In this document: piece after piece, positions 19,436 to 28,534 of the stretch
How the letters are laid out: each line of letters begins with the position of its first letter
How positions within the stretch are numbered: position 1 is the stretch's first letter
From: Anaeromyxobacteraceae bacterium
GTDB lineage: Bacteria > Myxococcota > Myxococcia > Myxococcales > Anaeromyxobacteraceae
Assembly: GCA_047602405.1 (NCBI GenBank)
Contig: JASGHJ010000002.1
Span: 1,312,001-1,376,000, forward strand
Reading direction: 5' to 3'
Length of the DNA stretch: 64,000 nt
Notes under the pieces: model-generated
The model's database searches: none
What the model saw: only the letters and a program-made list of their open reading frames with translations
What the model was told of the DNA's origin: nothing
Program-made: the position numbers and the translations under genes

Positions 19436-19936
19436 CTACTCCGCCTTCTTCGATCGGGCGGAGGCGGCGAGCGGCACGGGCTCCTCGCGCGGCTCGCGGA
19501 AGGCCTCGAGCAGCTTGAGGTGGCTCTCGACGATCATGCGGATGTTGCTCTCGAGCTGGACCCGCTGGCGCTTCAGCTCGTTGATGTCGTCGACGATCCG
19601 GAGGAACCGGCCGTGGGCGCCCTGGACGATCTTCTCCGCCTGGAGCTCGGCGTCGGCGAGGCGGATCTCGGTCTCCTTGCGGGCGGAGTCCTTGATGTCC
19701 TCGGAGGCCTTCTGCGCGGTGACGAGCGTCTCCTGGAGGATGCGCTCCTTCTCGCGGAAGGTGGCGATGTCCTCGGCCTTGCGCTGGTTGTCCTCGCGCA
19801 GGGAGGTGTTCTCCTTCACGAGCGCCTCGAACTCGGTGGCGATCATGGCGAGGAAGGCCTCGACCTCCTCCCGCGCGTAGCCGCGGAAGGCCCGGGGGAA
19901 CTGCTTCTGGGTGATGTCGAGGGGGGTGACGTTCAT
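19436..19936 (-). CDS. divIVA: DivIVA domain protein
   Basis: MNVTPLDITQKQF.RAFRGY..EEV..FL plus coiled coil; AGGAG RBS. Confidence 0.9.
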   Translation of the reverse strand: MNVTPLDITQKQFPRAFRGYAREEVEAFLAMIATEFEALVKENTSLREDNQRKAEDIATFREKERILQETLVTAQKASEDIKDSARKETEIRLADAELQAEKIVQGAHGRFLRIVDDINELKRQRVQLESNIRMIVESHLKLLEAFREPREEPVPLAASARSKKAE

Positions 19937-20074
19937 GGATCGCTCCTGCCGGGCGGGGAGGCCCTTCCCGATGATAACGGGGGAAGGGGGGCTGTCCATT
20001 TCGCCCACCCCGCGCACACCCTCGCACCCGGGGCCCCGGCGCCGGTATGATCCCCGGGACCCCGGACCCCGGAG

Positions 20075-21472
20075 ATGACCGCCCTCCTCGTCCTCTCGCT
20101 GGCCCTCGCGTGCGCGCTCGCCGCGACCGCCGCCACGCTCGGCCGCGCGCGCGCCCGCGTGCGCGTCGCCGAGGAGGCGCTCGGGGCCGCGGGGCGGGAG
20201 CGCGACGACGCGAACCGGGCCGCCGAGGAGACGGTCCGCGCGGCGGAGGCGGAGCGCGCCCGCGCCGAGGAGGCGCGGGCGCTCGCCCGGGCGCAGGCCG
20301 ACGACGCCCAGCGCGCGAAGGACGAGTTCATCGCCACGGTCTCGCACGAGCTCCGCACGCCGCTCAACGCGGTGCTCGGCTGGGCGCGGCTCCTCAGGCT
20401 CGGGCGGATGGACCCCGAGCGCACCGCGCGGGCGGTCGAGGTCATCGAGCGCAGCGCGTCCGCGCAGGCGCAGATCGTCGACGACCTGCTCGACGTGTCG
20501 CGGATCGTGCGCGGCGAGCTGAAGCTCGACGTGCGCCCGCTCGAGCTCCTCACCGTGGTCGAGGCCGCGGTGGAGGCGGTGCGGCCCGCGGCCGAGGCCC
20601 GCGGGATCGGGCTCGGCGCGGCGCTGCTCCCGCACACGGCCCGCGTGGCGGGCGATCCGGGGCGGCTCCAGCAGGTGTTCTGGAACCTGCTCGTGAACGC
20701 GATCAAGTTCACGCCCCCGGGCGGCCGCGTCGAGGTCCGCCTCGAAGAGCGCGGCGACGAGGTGGTCGTCGAGGTCGCCGACACCGGGGCGGGCATCGAC
20801 CCCGCGTTCGCGCCCCACCTCTTCGAGCGGTTCCGTCAGGCCGACTCGTCCTCGACGCGCGTCCACGGCGGCCTCGGGCTGGGCCTGTCGATCGTCCGCC
20901 AGCTCGTGGAGGCGCACGGCGGCACCGCCGGCGCGGCGAGCCCCGGACCGGGGAGGGGATCGGTCTTCACGGTGCGGCTGCCGGCCGTGAAGGGGCGGCC
21001 GCGGCGGAGCGCCTCGTCGCCGGCGGTGGCGCCGGCCGGCCCGGCGCCGCGCGCGGCGCTGGCGCCACTCGACCGGCTGCGGATCCTGGTGGTGGACGAC
21101 GACGAGGACAGCCGCGAGGTCCTCCGCGCGATCCTCGAGGACGCGGGCGCCGCCGTCACGGCCGCCGGCTCGGTCCAGGCGGCGCTCCAGCACTTCGACG
21201 GCGCGCCCCCGGACCTGCTCGTCTCGGACATCGGCATGCCGGGCGAGGACGGCTACGCCCTCATCCGCCGGGTGCGGGCGCTGCCGCCGGAGCGGGGCGG
21301 GCGGGTGCCGGCGGCGGCCCTCACCGCGTACACGCAGGCCGAGGACCGGGAGCACGCGCTGGCGGCGGGGTTCCACGCCTGGCTGACGAAGCCCATCGAG
21401 CCGGCCGACCTCACCGCCGCGGTGGCGCGGCTGGCGGGGAGGGACCCGGAGCACGCCTCGAGGACGGCCTGA
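20075..21472 (+). CDS. Hybrid histidine kinase/response regulator
   Basis: SHELRTPL, NAIKFT, DTGAG, GLGLGL and a C-terminal receiver (VVDD, SDIGMP, KP). Confidence 0.93.
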   Translation: MTALLVLSLALACALAATAATLGRARARVRVAEEALGAAGRERDDANRAAEETVRAAEAERARAEEARALARAQADDAQRAKDEFIATVSHELRTPLNAVLGWARLLRLGRMDPERTARAVEVIERSASAQAQIVDDLLDVSRIVRGELKLDVRPLELLTVVEAAVEAVRPAAEARGIGLGAALLPHTARVAGDPGRLQQVFWNLLVNAIKFTPPGGRVEVRLEERGDEVVVEVADTGAGIDPAFAPHLFERFRQADSSSTRVHGGLGLGLSIVRQLVEAHGGTAGAASPGPGRGSVFTVRLPAVKGRPRRSASSPAVAPAGPAPRAALAPLDRLRILVVDDDEDSREVLRAILEDAGAAVTAAGSVQAALQHFDGAPPDLLVSDIGMPGEDGYALIRRVRALPPERGGRVPAAALTAYTQAEDREHALAAGFHAWLTKPIEPADLTAAVARLAGRDPEHASRTA

Positions 21473-21520
21473 AACCGCCCGGCCGCGTGGGGGGTGGCGT
21501 GTTATGTTCCGCCGCCCGCC

Positions 21521-22570
21521 ATGCCGTTCTCGGAGATCATCGGACAGGACCGGGCCGTCGGCGCCCTCCGCGCGGCGCTCTCCCGCGGCGCGCTCCACCA
21601 CGCCTACCTGTTCGGCGGCCCGGAGGGCGTCGGGAAGGCGCGCGTGGCGCGGCTGCTCGCCCAGGCGGCCAACTGCGAGGGGCCGGTGGCGGGGGAGGCG
21701 TGCGGGACCTGCCGCCCCTGTCACAAGATCGCCGCCGGCAACCACCCCGACGTGCTCGAGGTCTGGACCGAGGCCGAGATGGCCCGGGCGAAGCGCTGGG
21801 AGCCGGCCGGGGGGAAGACGCCCTCGAAGTTCATCGTGGTCGACCAGGTGCGCGACGTGGTCGAGCACCGCCTCGCGCTCCGGCGCTTCGAGGGCCGGCG
21901 ACGGTTCGTGATCTTCGACCCCGCCGACCGGATGAACCCGCAGGCGCAGAACGCGCTCCTGAAGACGCTCGAGGAGCCGCCGCCGGAGACCACGCTCGTC
22001 CTCGTCTCCTCGAGCCCCGACTCCCTCCTCCCGACGATCCGCTCGCGCTGCCTCCGGGTGGCGTTCGCGCCGATCCCGGAGGCCCTCGTCGCCTCGCGCC
22101 TCACCGACCCATCGGTCCTGAAGAAGCCGCTCTCGCCGGCGGACGCGCGGTTCCTCGCGGCGCTCTCCGGGGGCTCGCTCGGCCGCGCGCTCGCGCTCGC
22201 GAAGGACCCCGACCACCTCGCGGAGGAGCGGGCGCTCGTCGAGGAGGCGGCGGCCCTCGACCCGGAGGACGCCGGCACCTGGCTCGCGTTCGCCGGACGG
22301 CACGGGAAGGACCGCGAGGCGGCGGGCGAGACCTGCGACCTCCTCGGGCTCTGGCTCCGGGACGTGCTCGCGGCGCAGGCGGGCTCGGCCGAGCTCGCGC
22401 TCGCCGACGTGGCCGAGGCCACCCGGCGGGTCGCCTCGCGGGTGACGCCCGCCGAGGTGCTCCGCCGGCGCGAGCGGGTCGCCCGGGCGCGGGAGTCGCT
22501 CGTCCAGAACGCCTCGCCGGTGCTCGCGCTCGAGGCCATGCTCGTGGGGTGGTTCCATGGCCGGGCCTAG
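21521..22570 (+). CDS. holB: DNA polymerase III delta' subunit
   Basis: HAYLF.GP.GVGK, CG.C..C, HPD, NALLKTLEEPP, TIRSRC. Confidence 0.93.
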   Translation: MPFSEIIGQDRAVGALRAALSRGALHHAYLFGGPEGVGKARVARLLAQAANCEGPVAGEACGTCRPCHKIAAGNHPDVLEVWTEAEMARAKRWEPAGGKTPSKFIVVDQVRDVVEHRLALRRFEGRRRFVIFDPADRMNPQAQNALLKTLEEPPPETTLVLVSSSPDSLLPTIRSRCLRVAFAPIPEALVASRLTDPSVLKKPLSPADARFLAALSGGSLGRALALAKDPDHLAEERALVEEAAALDPEDAGTWLAFAGRHGKDREAAGETCDLLGLWLRDVLAAQAGSAELALADVAEATRRVASRVTPAEVLRRRERVARARESLVQNASPVLALEAMLVGWFHGRA

Positions 22571-23933
22571 CTTCAGGGGGCCACCGCGCGCGGCGAAGGC
22601 CACCGGGGCCACGCTCGAGTCGTGCCTCGAGGACGTGAAGGCCGGCGCGCCGTCGCCGGTCTACCTCCTCGACGGCGACGCGTTCCTCTCGCTCCGCGCC
22701 GCGCGCGAGCTCGTGGCGGCGCTCGTCCCCGAGGCGCAGCGCGCCCTCAACGTGGTGGAGGCCGACGCCGCGACGTCGCCGGCGGAGATCGCCGCGGAGC
22801 TCGCGACGGGCGGCCTCTTCGGCGGCTCGAAGGTGGTGCTGCTCGTCGAGCCGGCGTTCCTCACCTCGAAGGAGGAGGTGGGGGAGGCGTTCGCGCGGGC
22901 GCGCGGCCAGTGGGAGAAGGGCGCGCAGCGCGACGGCGCGCGGCGGGTCCTCGCGCTCGCAGCGAAGGCGGGCTGGCAGGCGAAGGACCTCGTCGCCGAC
23001 GCGGCCCCGGACCTCGGGGCGTTCGAGAAGGACCTCGATCTCCGGCTGGGCCCGGAGGACCTGAGGTTCGTGCAGGAGGCCGCGGCCTGGGCGGTCGAGC
23101 GCGAGCTCAAGGTCGGCAAGGACGACGGCGGCCCGCTCGAGGCGCTCCTCGAGCGGGGGTTGCCGCGCGGGCACGTGCTCGTGGTGGCCGCGGGCAAGGT
23201 CGACGGGCGGCTCCCGCTCGTGAAGAAGCTCGCGGCGGCGGGGCGCCGGGTGACCTCGGAGATTGCGAACGTCGCCGAGCGCCCGTGGGACCCGCCGAAG
23301 TACGACCTCGCCCCGGTGATCGCCGACCTCCTCGCCGGAACCGGCAAGAAGGTCGACGCCGGCGGGCAGGCGCGCCTCGCGGCGCTCGTCGCCGACGACG
23401 CCCGCACGCTCGCCTCGGAGGTGGCGAAGCTCGCCGCCTACGCCGGCGACCGCAAGGTCATCACCGCCGAGGACGTGGACGCGGTCGTCACCCGGGTCGC
23501 CGAGGACGAGTTCTTCGCGCTCGGCAACGCGGTCGAGGCGCGGGACCTCGCCGCGACGATGGGGGTCCTCGACCGGGCCTTCGCGGACGGGGTGACGTCG
23601 TACCAGCTCGTCGGCATGCTGGCGGGCACGGTGCGGCGGCTCGTGGTGGAGCGGGAGCGCGCGCGGCGGGTGGCGGGCGAGGAGCCCCTCCGCTCGTCGC
23701 GCGACTGGGAGGCCCGGGTCTTCCCGGAGATCCCGGAGGACGAGCGGAAGGGAAAGAAGCCCTACGGCTTCTGGATGAAGTACCAGGCGTCGCTCCGGTT
23801 CGGGCGCGGCGAGCTCCTCTCGGCGCTCGCGGCCCTGGCGGACGCGGACGTCGCGATGAAGAGCGGGTTCGACGGGAGGCTCGCGCTCGAGCGCGTCCTC
23901 CTCGGCCTCCTCGGTGAAAGGAATCGAACGTGA
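22557..23933 (+). CDS. holA: DNA polymerase III delta subunit
   Basis: PVYLL.GD, GLFG..KVVLL, SEVAKLAAY, ADVAMKSG; adjacent to holB. Confidence 0.82.
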   Translation: MAGPSFRGPPRAAKATGATLESCLEDVKAGAPSPVYLLDGDAFLSLRAARELVAALVPEAQRALNVVEADAATSPAEIAAELATGGLFGGSKVVLLVEPAFLTSKEEVGEAFARARGQWEKGAQRDGARRVLALAAKAGWQAKDLVADAAPDLGAFEKDLDLRLGPEDLRFVQEAAAWAVERELKVGKDDGGPLEALLERGLPRGHVLVVAAGKVDGRLPLVKKLAAAGRRVTSEIANVAERPWDPPKYDLAPVIADLLAGTGKKVDAGGQARLAALVADDARTLASEVAKLAAYAGDRKVITAEDVDAVVTRVAEDEFFALGNAVEARDLAATMGVLDRAFADGVTSYQLVGMLAGTVRRLVVERERARRVAGEEPLRSSRDWEARVFPEIPEDERKGKKPYGFWMKYQASLRFGRGELLSALAALADADVAMKSGFDGRLALERVLLGLLGERNRT

Positions 23934-26044
23934 GCGAGAAGATCCTGGTGACGAGCGCGCTGCCCTACGCGAACGGCTCGGCGCACCTCGGCCACATGGT
24001 CGAGTACGTCCAGACCGACGTGTACGTGCGGTACCGCCGCCTCTGCGGCGACCACGTCACCTACGTCTGCGCGGCGGACTCGCACGGCACGCCCATCGAG
24101 GTCAACGCGGCGAAGGCCGGGATGACGCCGAGGGCGTTCACCGAGAAGTACCGCGCCGAGCAGCACGCGGACTTCAAGGCGTTCGGGGTCGACTTCTCGA
24201 CGTACTACACGACCGACTCGGAGGAGAACCGGCGCTGGGCGCAGCGGGTCTACCGCGCGCTCAAGGCGAAGGGGCTCGTCTACAAGAAGTCGGTCGAGCA
24301 GCTCTACTGCGAGAAGGACGGCCGGTTCCTGCCCGACCGGTACGTGAAGGGCACCTGCCCCAAGTGCGGCACGCCCGACCAGTACGGCGACGCCTGCGAG
24401 AAGTGCGGCACGACCTACGATCCACGCGAGCTCAAGGACCCGCGCTGCGTCCTCTGCGGCACGCCGCCGGTGCCCCGCACCTCCGACCACGCCTACGTGA
24501 ACCTCCGCGAGGCGGGCGTACACGAGGTCATCCGGCGCTGGGTGGAGGCCGACGGCCACCTCGAGCCCGGCGTGCGCGAGCAGGTGAAGGGCTGGGTGGC
24601 GGACCTGCAGGACTGGTGCATCACCCGCGACGCGCCCTACCACGGCTTCCCGGTGGACGACCCGGAGTTCCCGGGCAAGTTCCTCTACGTCTGGGTGGAC
24701 GCGCCGATCGGCTACCTCTCGAGCGCCGAGCACTACTTCGCCGCCGAGGCGCCCGCGGCCGAGCGGCTCTCGCCGACGGCCTACGAGCAGCTCTACCTCG
24801 CGGAGGGCGCGCCGACCCGGCTCGAGCACTTCATCGGGAAGGACATCCTCCGGTTCCACGCGGTCTTCTGGCCCGCGATGCTCTGGGCGACCGGGTTGCG
24901 CCGCGCCGACCGCCTCAGCGTGCACGGCCACCTCACCGTGAACGGCGAGAAGATGTCCAAGTCGCGCGGGACGTTCATCACCGCGCGGACCTACCTCGAC
25001 ACCGGCCTCGACCCGGAGCTGCTCCGGTACTTCTACTCGGCGAACCAGGGCGCCGGGGCCGGCGACCTCGACCTCTCGCTCGAGGAGTTCAGGAACCGCA
25101 TCAACGCCGACCTCGCGAACAACGTCGCGAACCTCGCCTCGCGCACGGCGACCCTGCTCGGCCGCGCGGGCGCCGAGCCCGCGGACGGCCCGGATCCGGA
25201 GATCGCGAAGGCCGTCCGGGAGGCCCTCGCCGGCGCGCGCGCGGCGTACCGGGCGCTCGAGTACCGCGACGTGGTCCGGCTCGTGTCCGCGGCGGCGAGC
25301 GTCTGCAACCGGCGCATCCAGGAGGGGAAGCCCTGGGAGGATCCGACGAGCGAGGCGTCGCGGCGGCTCCTCCACTCGGTGGGCCGCGCGCTCGTGGGGC
25401 TCTCCGTGGCGCTGCACCCGATCATGCCCCGGTTCACCGCCGCGCTCGCGGCGGCGTTCGGCACGGCCGGGCTGCCGCGCTGGGACGAGGGGCTCGATCC
25501 CTTCGCCGGCCCCGGCGTGACCGCCGCCGGGAAGCCCCCGCAGATCGCCCGGCTGGACGCGAAGTCGGTCGAGAAGCTCGTCGTCGTCCAGGGCGAGGCC
25601 GCCGCGCCGGCGCCCGCGCCGCAGAAGGTGGCCCAGAGGGTGGCGAAGTCTGCGAGCCCGGCCGAGACGGCCACGAAGGCGACCGCGAAGCCCGCGGCCG
25701 CGCCGCCGGTGTTCGGCGTCATCCAGTACGACGACTTCGCGAAGGTGGAGCTCCGCGTCGCCGCGGTGAAGGCGGCCGAGAAGGTCGAGAAGGCCGACAA
25801 GCTCCTCAAGCTCACGGTCGACGCGGGGGAGGGGACGCCGCGCACGATTGTGGCGGGCATCGCGCTCGCGTTCCCCGACCCGCAGTCCCTCGTCGGGAAG
25901 CACATCGTGGTCGTCGCGAACCTCGAGCCGCGCGCGCTGCGGGGCATCACCTCGCAGGGCATGCTGCTCGCGGCCGGCGAGCCGCCGAACCTCTCGGTGG
26001 TGTCGGTGCCGGACACCATCGCGCCGGGCACGCGGGTGAAGTAG
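23930..26044 (+). CDS. metG: Methionine--tRNA ligase
   Basis: TSALPYANG..HLGH, zinc knuckles, YVW.DA.IGY, KMSKS and C-terminal tRNA-binding domain. Confidence 0.97.
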   Translation: MSEKILVTSALPYANGSAHLGHMVEYVQTDVYVRYRRLCGDHVTYVCAADSHGTPIEVNAAKAGMTPRAFTEKYRAEQHADFKAFGVDFSTYYTTDSEENRRWAQRVYRALKAKGLVYKKSVEQLYCEKDGRFLPDRYVKGTCPKCGTPDQYGDACEKCGTTYDPRELKDPRCVLCGTPPVPRTSDHAYVNLREAGVHEVIRRWVEADGHLEPGVREQVKGWVADLQDWCITRDAPYHGFPVDDPEFPGKFLYVWVDAPIGYLSSAEHYFAAEAPAAERLSPTAYEQLYLAEGAPTRLEHFIGKDILRFHAVFWPAMLWATGLRRADRLSVHGHLTVNGEKMSKSRGTFITARTYLDTGLDPELLRYFYSANQGAGAGDLDLSLEEFRNRINADLANNVANLASRTATLLGRAGAEPADGPDPEIAKAVREALAGARAAYRALEYRDVVRLVSAAASVCNRRIQEGKPWEDPTSEASRRLLHSVGRALVGLSVALHPIMPRFTAALAAAFGTAGLPRWDEGLDPFAGPGVTAAGKPPQIARLDAKSVEKLVVVQGEAAAPAPAPQKVAQRVAKSASPAETATKATAKPAAAPPVFGVIQYDDFAKVELRVAAVKAAEKVEKADKLLKLTVDAGEGTPRTIVAGIALAFPDPQSLVGKHIVVVANLEPRALRGITSQGMLLAAGEPPNLSVVSVPDTIAPGTRVK

Positions 26045-26869
26045 ATGCCCGCCCCGCGCAGCGAGGGCGGCGCGACGCTGATCGACGCCCACGCGCACCT
26101 CGACGCCGATCGCTACGGGGAGGACCTCGAAGCGGTCGTCGCCCGGGCGAAGGCGGCGGGGCTCGAGCGGATCGTCTGCGTCGGGGTCTGGCAGCCGGCG
26201 GACCCCGCGGCGGGCACCTCGAGCGGCTTCGGTGACGCCGTGAAGCTCGCGCGCCGGGAGCCCGGCTACTTCGCCGCGACCGTCGGGTTCCACCCGCACG
26301 AGGCGAAGGCGGTCCAGGCCGCAGACTGGGCGGAGGCGGAGGCGCTCGCGCGCGACCCCGCGGTCGTCGCCATCGGCGAGGCCGGGCTCGACTACCACTA
26401 CGACCTCTCCCCGCGGGACGTGCAGGCCGAGGTCTTCCGCCGCTGCATCCGGCTCGCGCACGCCGCGGGGAAGCCCCTCGTCGTGCACACGCGGGAGGCG
26501 GACCAGGACACGGTGAAGATCCTGGAAGAGGAGGGCGTCCCCGCGAGGGGCGCCGTCATCCACTGCTTCACGAGCGACGCGCCGGCGGCGAAGGCTTACC
26601 TCGCGCTCGGCCTGTACATCTCGGTCGCGGGCATCGTGACCTTCAAGACCGCCGAGCCCATCCGCGAGGCGGTGAAGCTCGTGCCGCGGAATCGGCTCAT
26701 GGTCGAGACCGACTGCCCGTACCTCGCGCCGATCCCGCACCGCGGGAAGCGCAACGAGCCCGCGTTCGTGGCCCACACCGCCGCGAAGGTGGCCGAGGTC
26801 TGGGGCGTCGCGCCGGACGAGGTCGCGCGGCTCACGACCGAGAACGCGAGGCGGTTCTTCGGGCTGTAG
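26045..26869 (+). CDS. TatD family nuclease
   Basis: DAHAH, HPH, GE.GLDY, HTR, HCF, ETD.PYL. Confidence 0.95.
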   Translation: MPAPRSEGGATLIDAHAHLDADRYGEDLEAVVARAKAAGLERIVCVGVWQPADPAAGTSSGFGDAVKLARREPGYFAATVGFHPHEAKAVQAADWAEAEALARDPAVVAIGEAGLDYHYDLSPRDVQAEVFRRCIRLAHAAGKPLVVHTREADQDTVKILEEEGVPARGAVIHCFTSDAPAAKAYLALGLYISVAGIVTFKTAEPIREAVKLVPRNRLMVETDCPYLAPIPHRGKRNEPAFVAHTAAKVAEVWGVAPDEVARLTTENARRFFGL

Positions 26870-26969
26870 GGGAGACGGATCCGGAGGACGGAGCCCGCGG
26901 CGTCTCGCCGCCCCCGTCGGCGCGCCGCCCCTCCTTGCCTCGCCAGGAACCGCCGTGTTCCATGGGGGC

Positions 26970-27737
26970 ATGAGGTTCGCTCCCTGCCGGTGCGCCGCGC
27001 TCGTCTCGACGCTCCTCCTGCTCGCGGCGTGCGCTGGTGGGGCAGGGCAGCAGGCCCAGGATGGGCCGCTCCCCCGGCGTCCGCTCCGTCCCTCGCTCTC
27101 CTCTTGCGTGTCGCTCGACGGGGCTCCTGCGCCGTCCATCGAGCGCCTGCCCGGCGCGGTGCGCGACGCGAGCGGCTGGCGTGCCCGGGTGACCGGGACT
27201 CCCGTCGTGCCTCCGCCTCCGGCGCCGCTGTTCTGCAGCCGCGGCGCCTCGCAGACCGTCGGGGTCGACTCCGGCGGACATCGCTGGGTGTTCGGCTACG
27301 CCCTCATCGACGGCGGCGCCGACGTCACGCCGTCGCTCGCCCCGCCGTCCGGGGAGGTCACGCTCACGCTGCGGGTCGAGGACTCGTTCGCGGCGTTCCA
27401 GAGCCTCGCGCTCACGGACGAGGGCGGAATGCTCGCGGCGGTGAATGCCGGTGCGCTGCTGCTCGACCCGGCGGACACCGGCGGCGTCGTCATCGAAGGC
27501 AAGGAGGCGGTGGCGCCGACCTATTCCGGTGACTGCGGGCGGACGCGCGACCGGGTGGTGTCGTTCGACGCTCCGGGGCTCCCTCCGGCGGAGCTGCGTC
27601 CCGGGGAGCGCGCGGAGCTGGGTGCGGCCGGGCCGAACGCCTGGAACGTCGACGCGTACACCTGGCTCGGCACGGTCTCGTGCACGGACCTCACCGAGGT
27701 CGCGATGACGCTCGCCTGGCGGTCGCCTCCGCCGTAG
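26970..27737 (+). CDS. Hypothetical lipoprotein
   Basis: Lipobox LAAC; Cys pairs; no recognised domain. Confidence 0.6.
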   Translation: MRFAPCRCAALVSTLLLLAACAGGAGQQAQDGPLPRRPLRPSLSSCVSLDGAPAPSIERLPGAVRDASGWRARVTGTPVVPPPPAPLFCSRGASQTVGVDSGGHRWVFGYALIDGGADVTPSLAPPSGEVTLTLRVEDSFAAFQSLALTDEGGMLAAVNAGALLLDPADTGGVVIEGKEAVAPTYSGDCGRTRDRVVSFDAPGLPPAELRPGERAELGAAGPNAWNVDAYTWLGTVSCTDLTEVAMTLAWRSPPP

Positions 27738-27748
27738 CGTTCGCGGCG

Positions 27749-28480
27749 CTACCCGCCCCAGCTGCCCCACTCGTCGGCGACGTCGCCGGCCTCGGTCTCG
27801 CCCGGGCGGCCGCGCTCGCTCCACGCGACGACCTCCCAGCCGCGGCGCTCCGCGACCTCGCGGAACGGGGCCTTCGGGTTCACGACGACGGGGTTGCCGA
27901 CCGTCTCGAAGAGCGGGATGTCGGCGATCGAGTCCGAGTAGAGGTAGCTCTGGGCCGGGTCGAGGTCCATCCGGTCCATGGTCGCCTCGACGGCGGCGCG
28001 CTTCCCCTCGCGGAAGACGACCGGCGGGATGATCTCGTCGGTGATCTTGCCCTCGACGATGCGGGTGCGGGTGCCGATGGCCGCGTGCACGCGCAGGTGG
28101 CGGCCCACCTCGTCGATGATGAACTGCGGCGAGCCGGACGCGATGACGACGAAGTGGCCGGAGAGGAGGTGCTTCCTGATCTGGCGGATGCCGCCAGAGG
28201 TGATGCGCTTCCTCAGGTGGCGCTCGAAGCAGCGGTGCGCGTGGCCGCGGACGTCGTCGGCCCAGAGCCCCTGCTGGCACTTCGAGCCGACCTCGACCAT
28301 GTCCTGCTCGGTGAGCCGGTCGCGGGCGTACTCGTAGATGATGCGCGGGATCCTCGCCCGGATGTCCGGGAGCATCACGCGCTCCCGGTACAGGTACCAG
28401 CTGAAGATCGTGCCGGCGTTGCCGTCGAGCAGCGAGTCGTCGACGTCGAAGATGGCGGCGGTTCGGCGGAAGGGGACCAT
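27749..28480 (-). CDS. HAD-IB family hydrolase
   Basis: FDVD, ASGS, GK, YSDS..D.P and VNP motifs. Confidence 0.9.
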   Translation of the reverse strand: MVPFRRTAAIFDVDDSLLDGNAGTIFSWYLYRERVMLPDIRARIPRIIYEYARDRLTEQDMVEVGSKCQQGLWADDVRGHAHRCFERHLRKRITSGGIRQIRKHLLSGHFVVIASGSPQFIIDEVGRHLRVHAAIGTRTRIVEGKITDEIIPPVVFREGKRAAVEATMDRMDLDPAQSYLYSDSIADIPLFETVGNPVVVNPKAPFREVAERRGWEVVAWSERGRPGETEAGDVADEWGSWGG

Positions 28481-28534
28481 CGGTCCCCTCCATCCTAACC
28501 CGGCCGCCCTTCGACGCGCTCCTGCCGCGCTGCG

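Larger units (their letters stand above)
14333..19507. mobile_element. Genomic islet integrated in the divIVA 3' end, no integrase
   Basis: Bounded by the 72-bp direct repeat; contains only the cytochrome and RCC1 genes. Confidence 0.7.
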
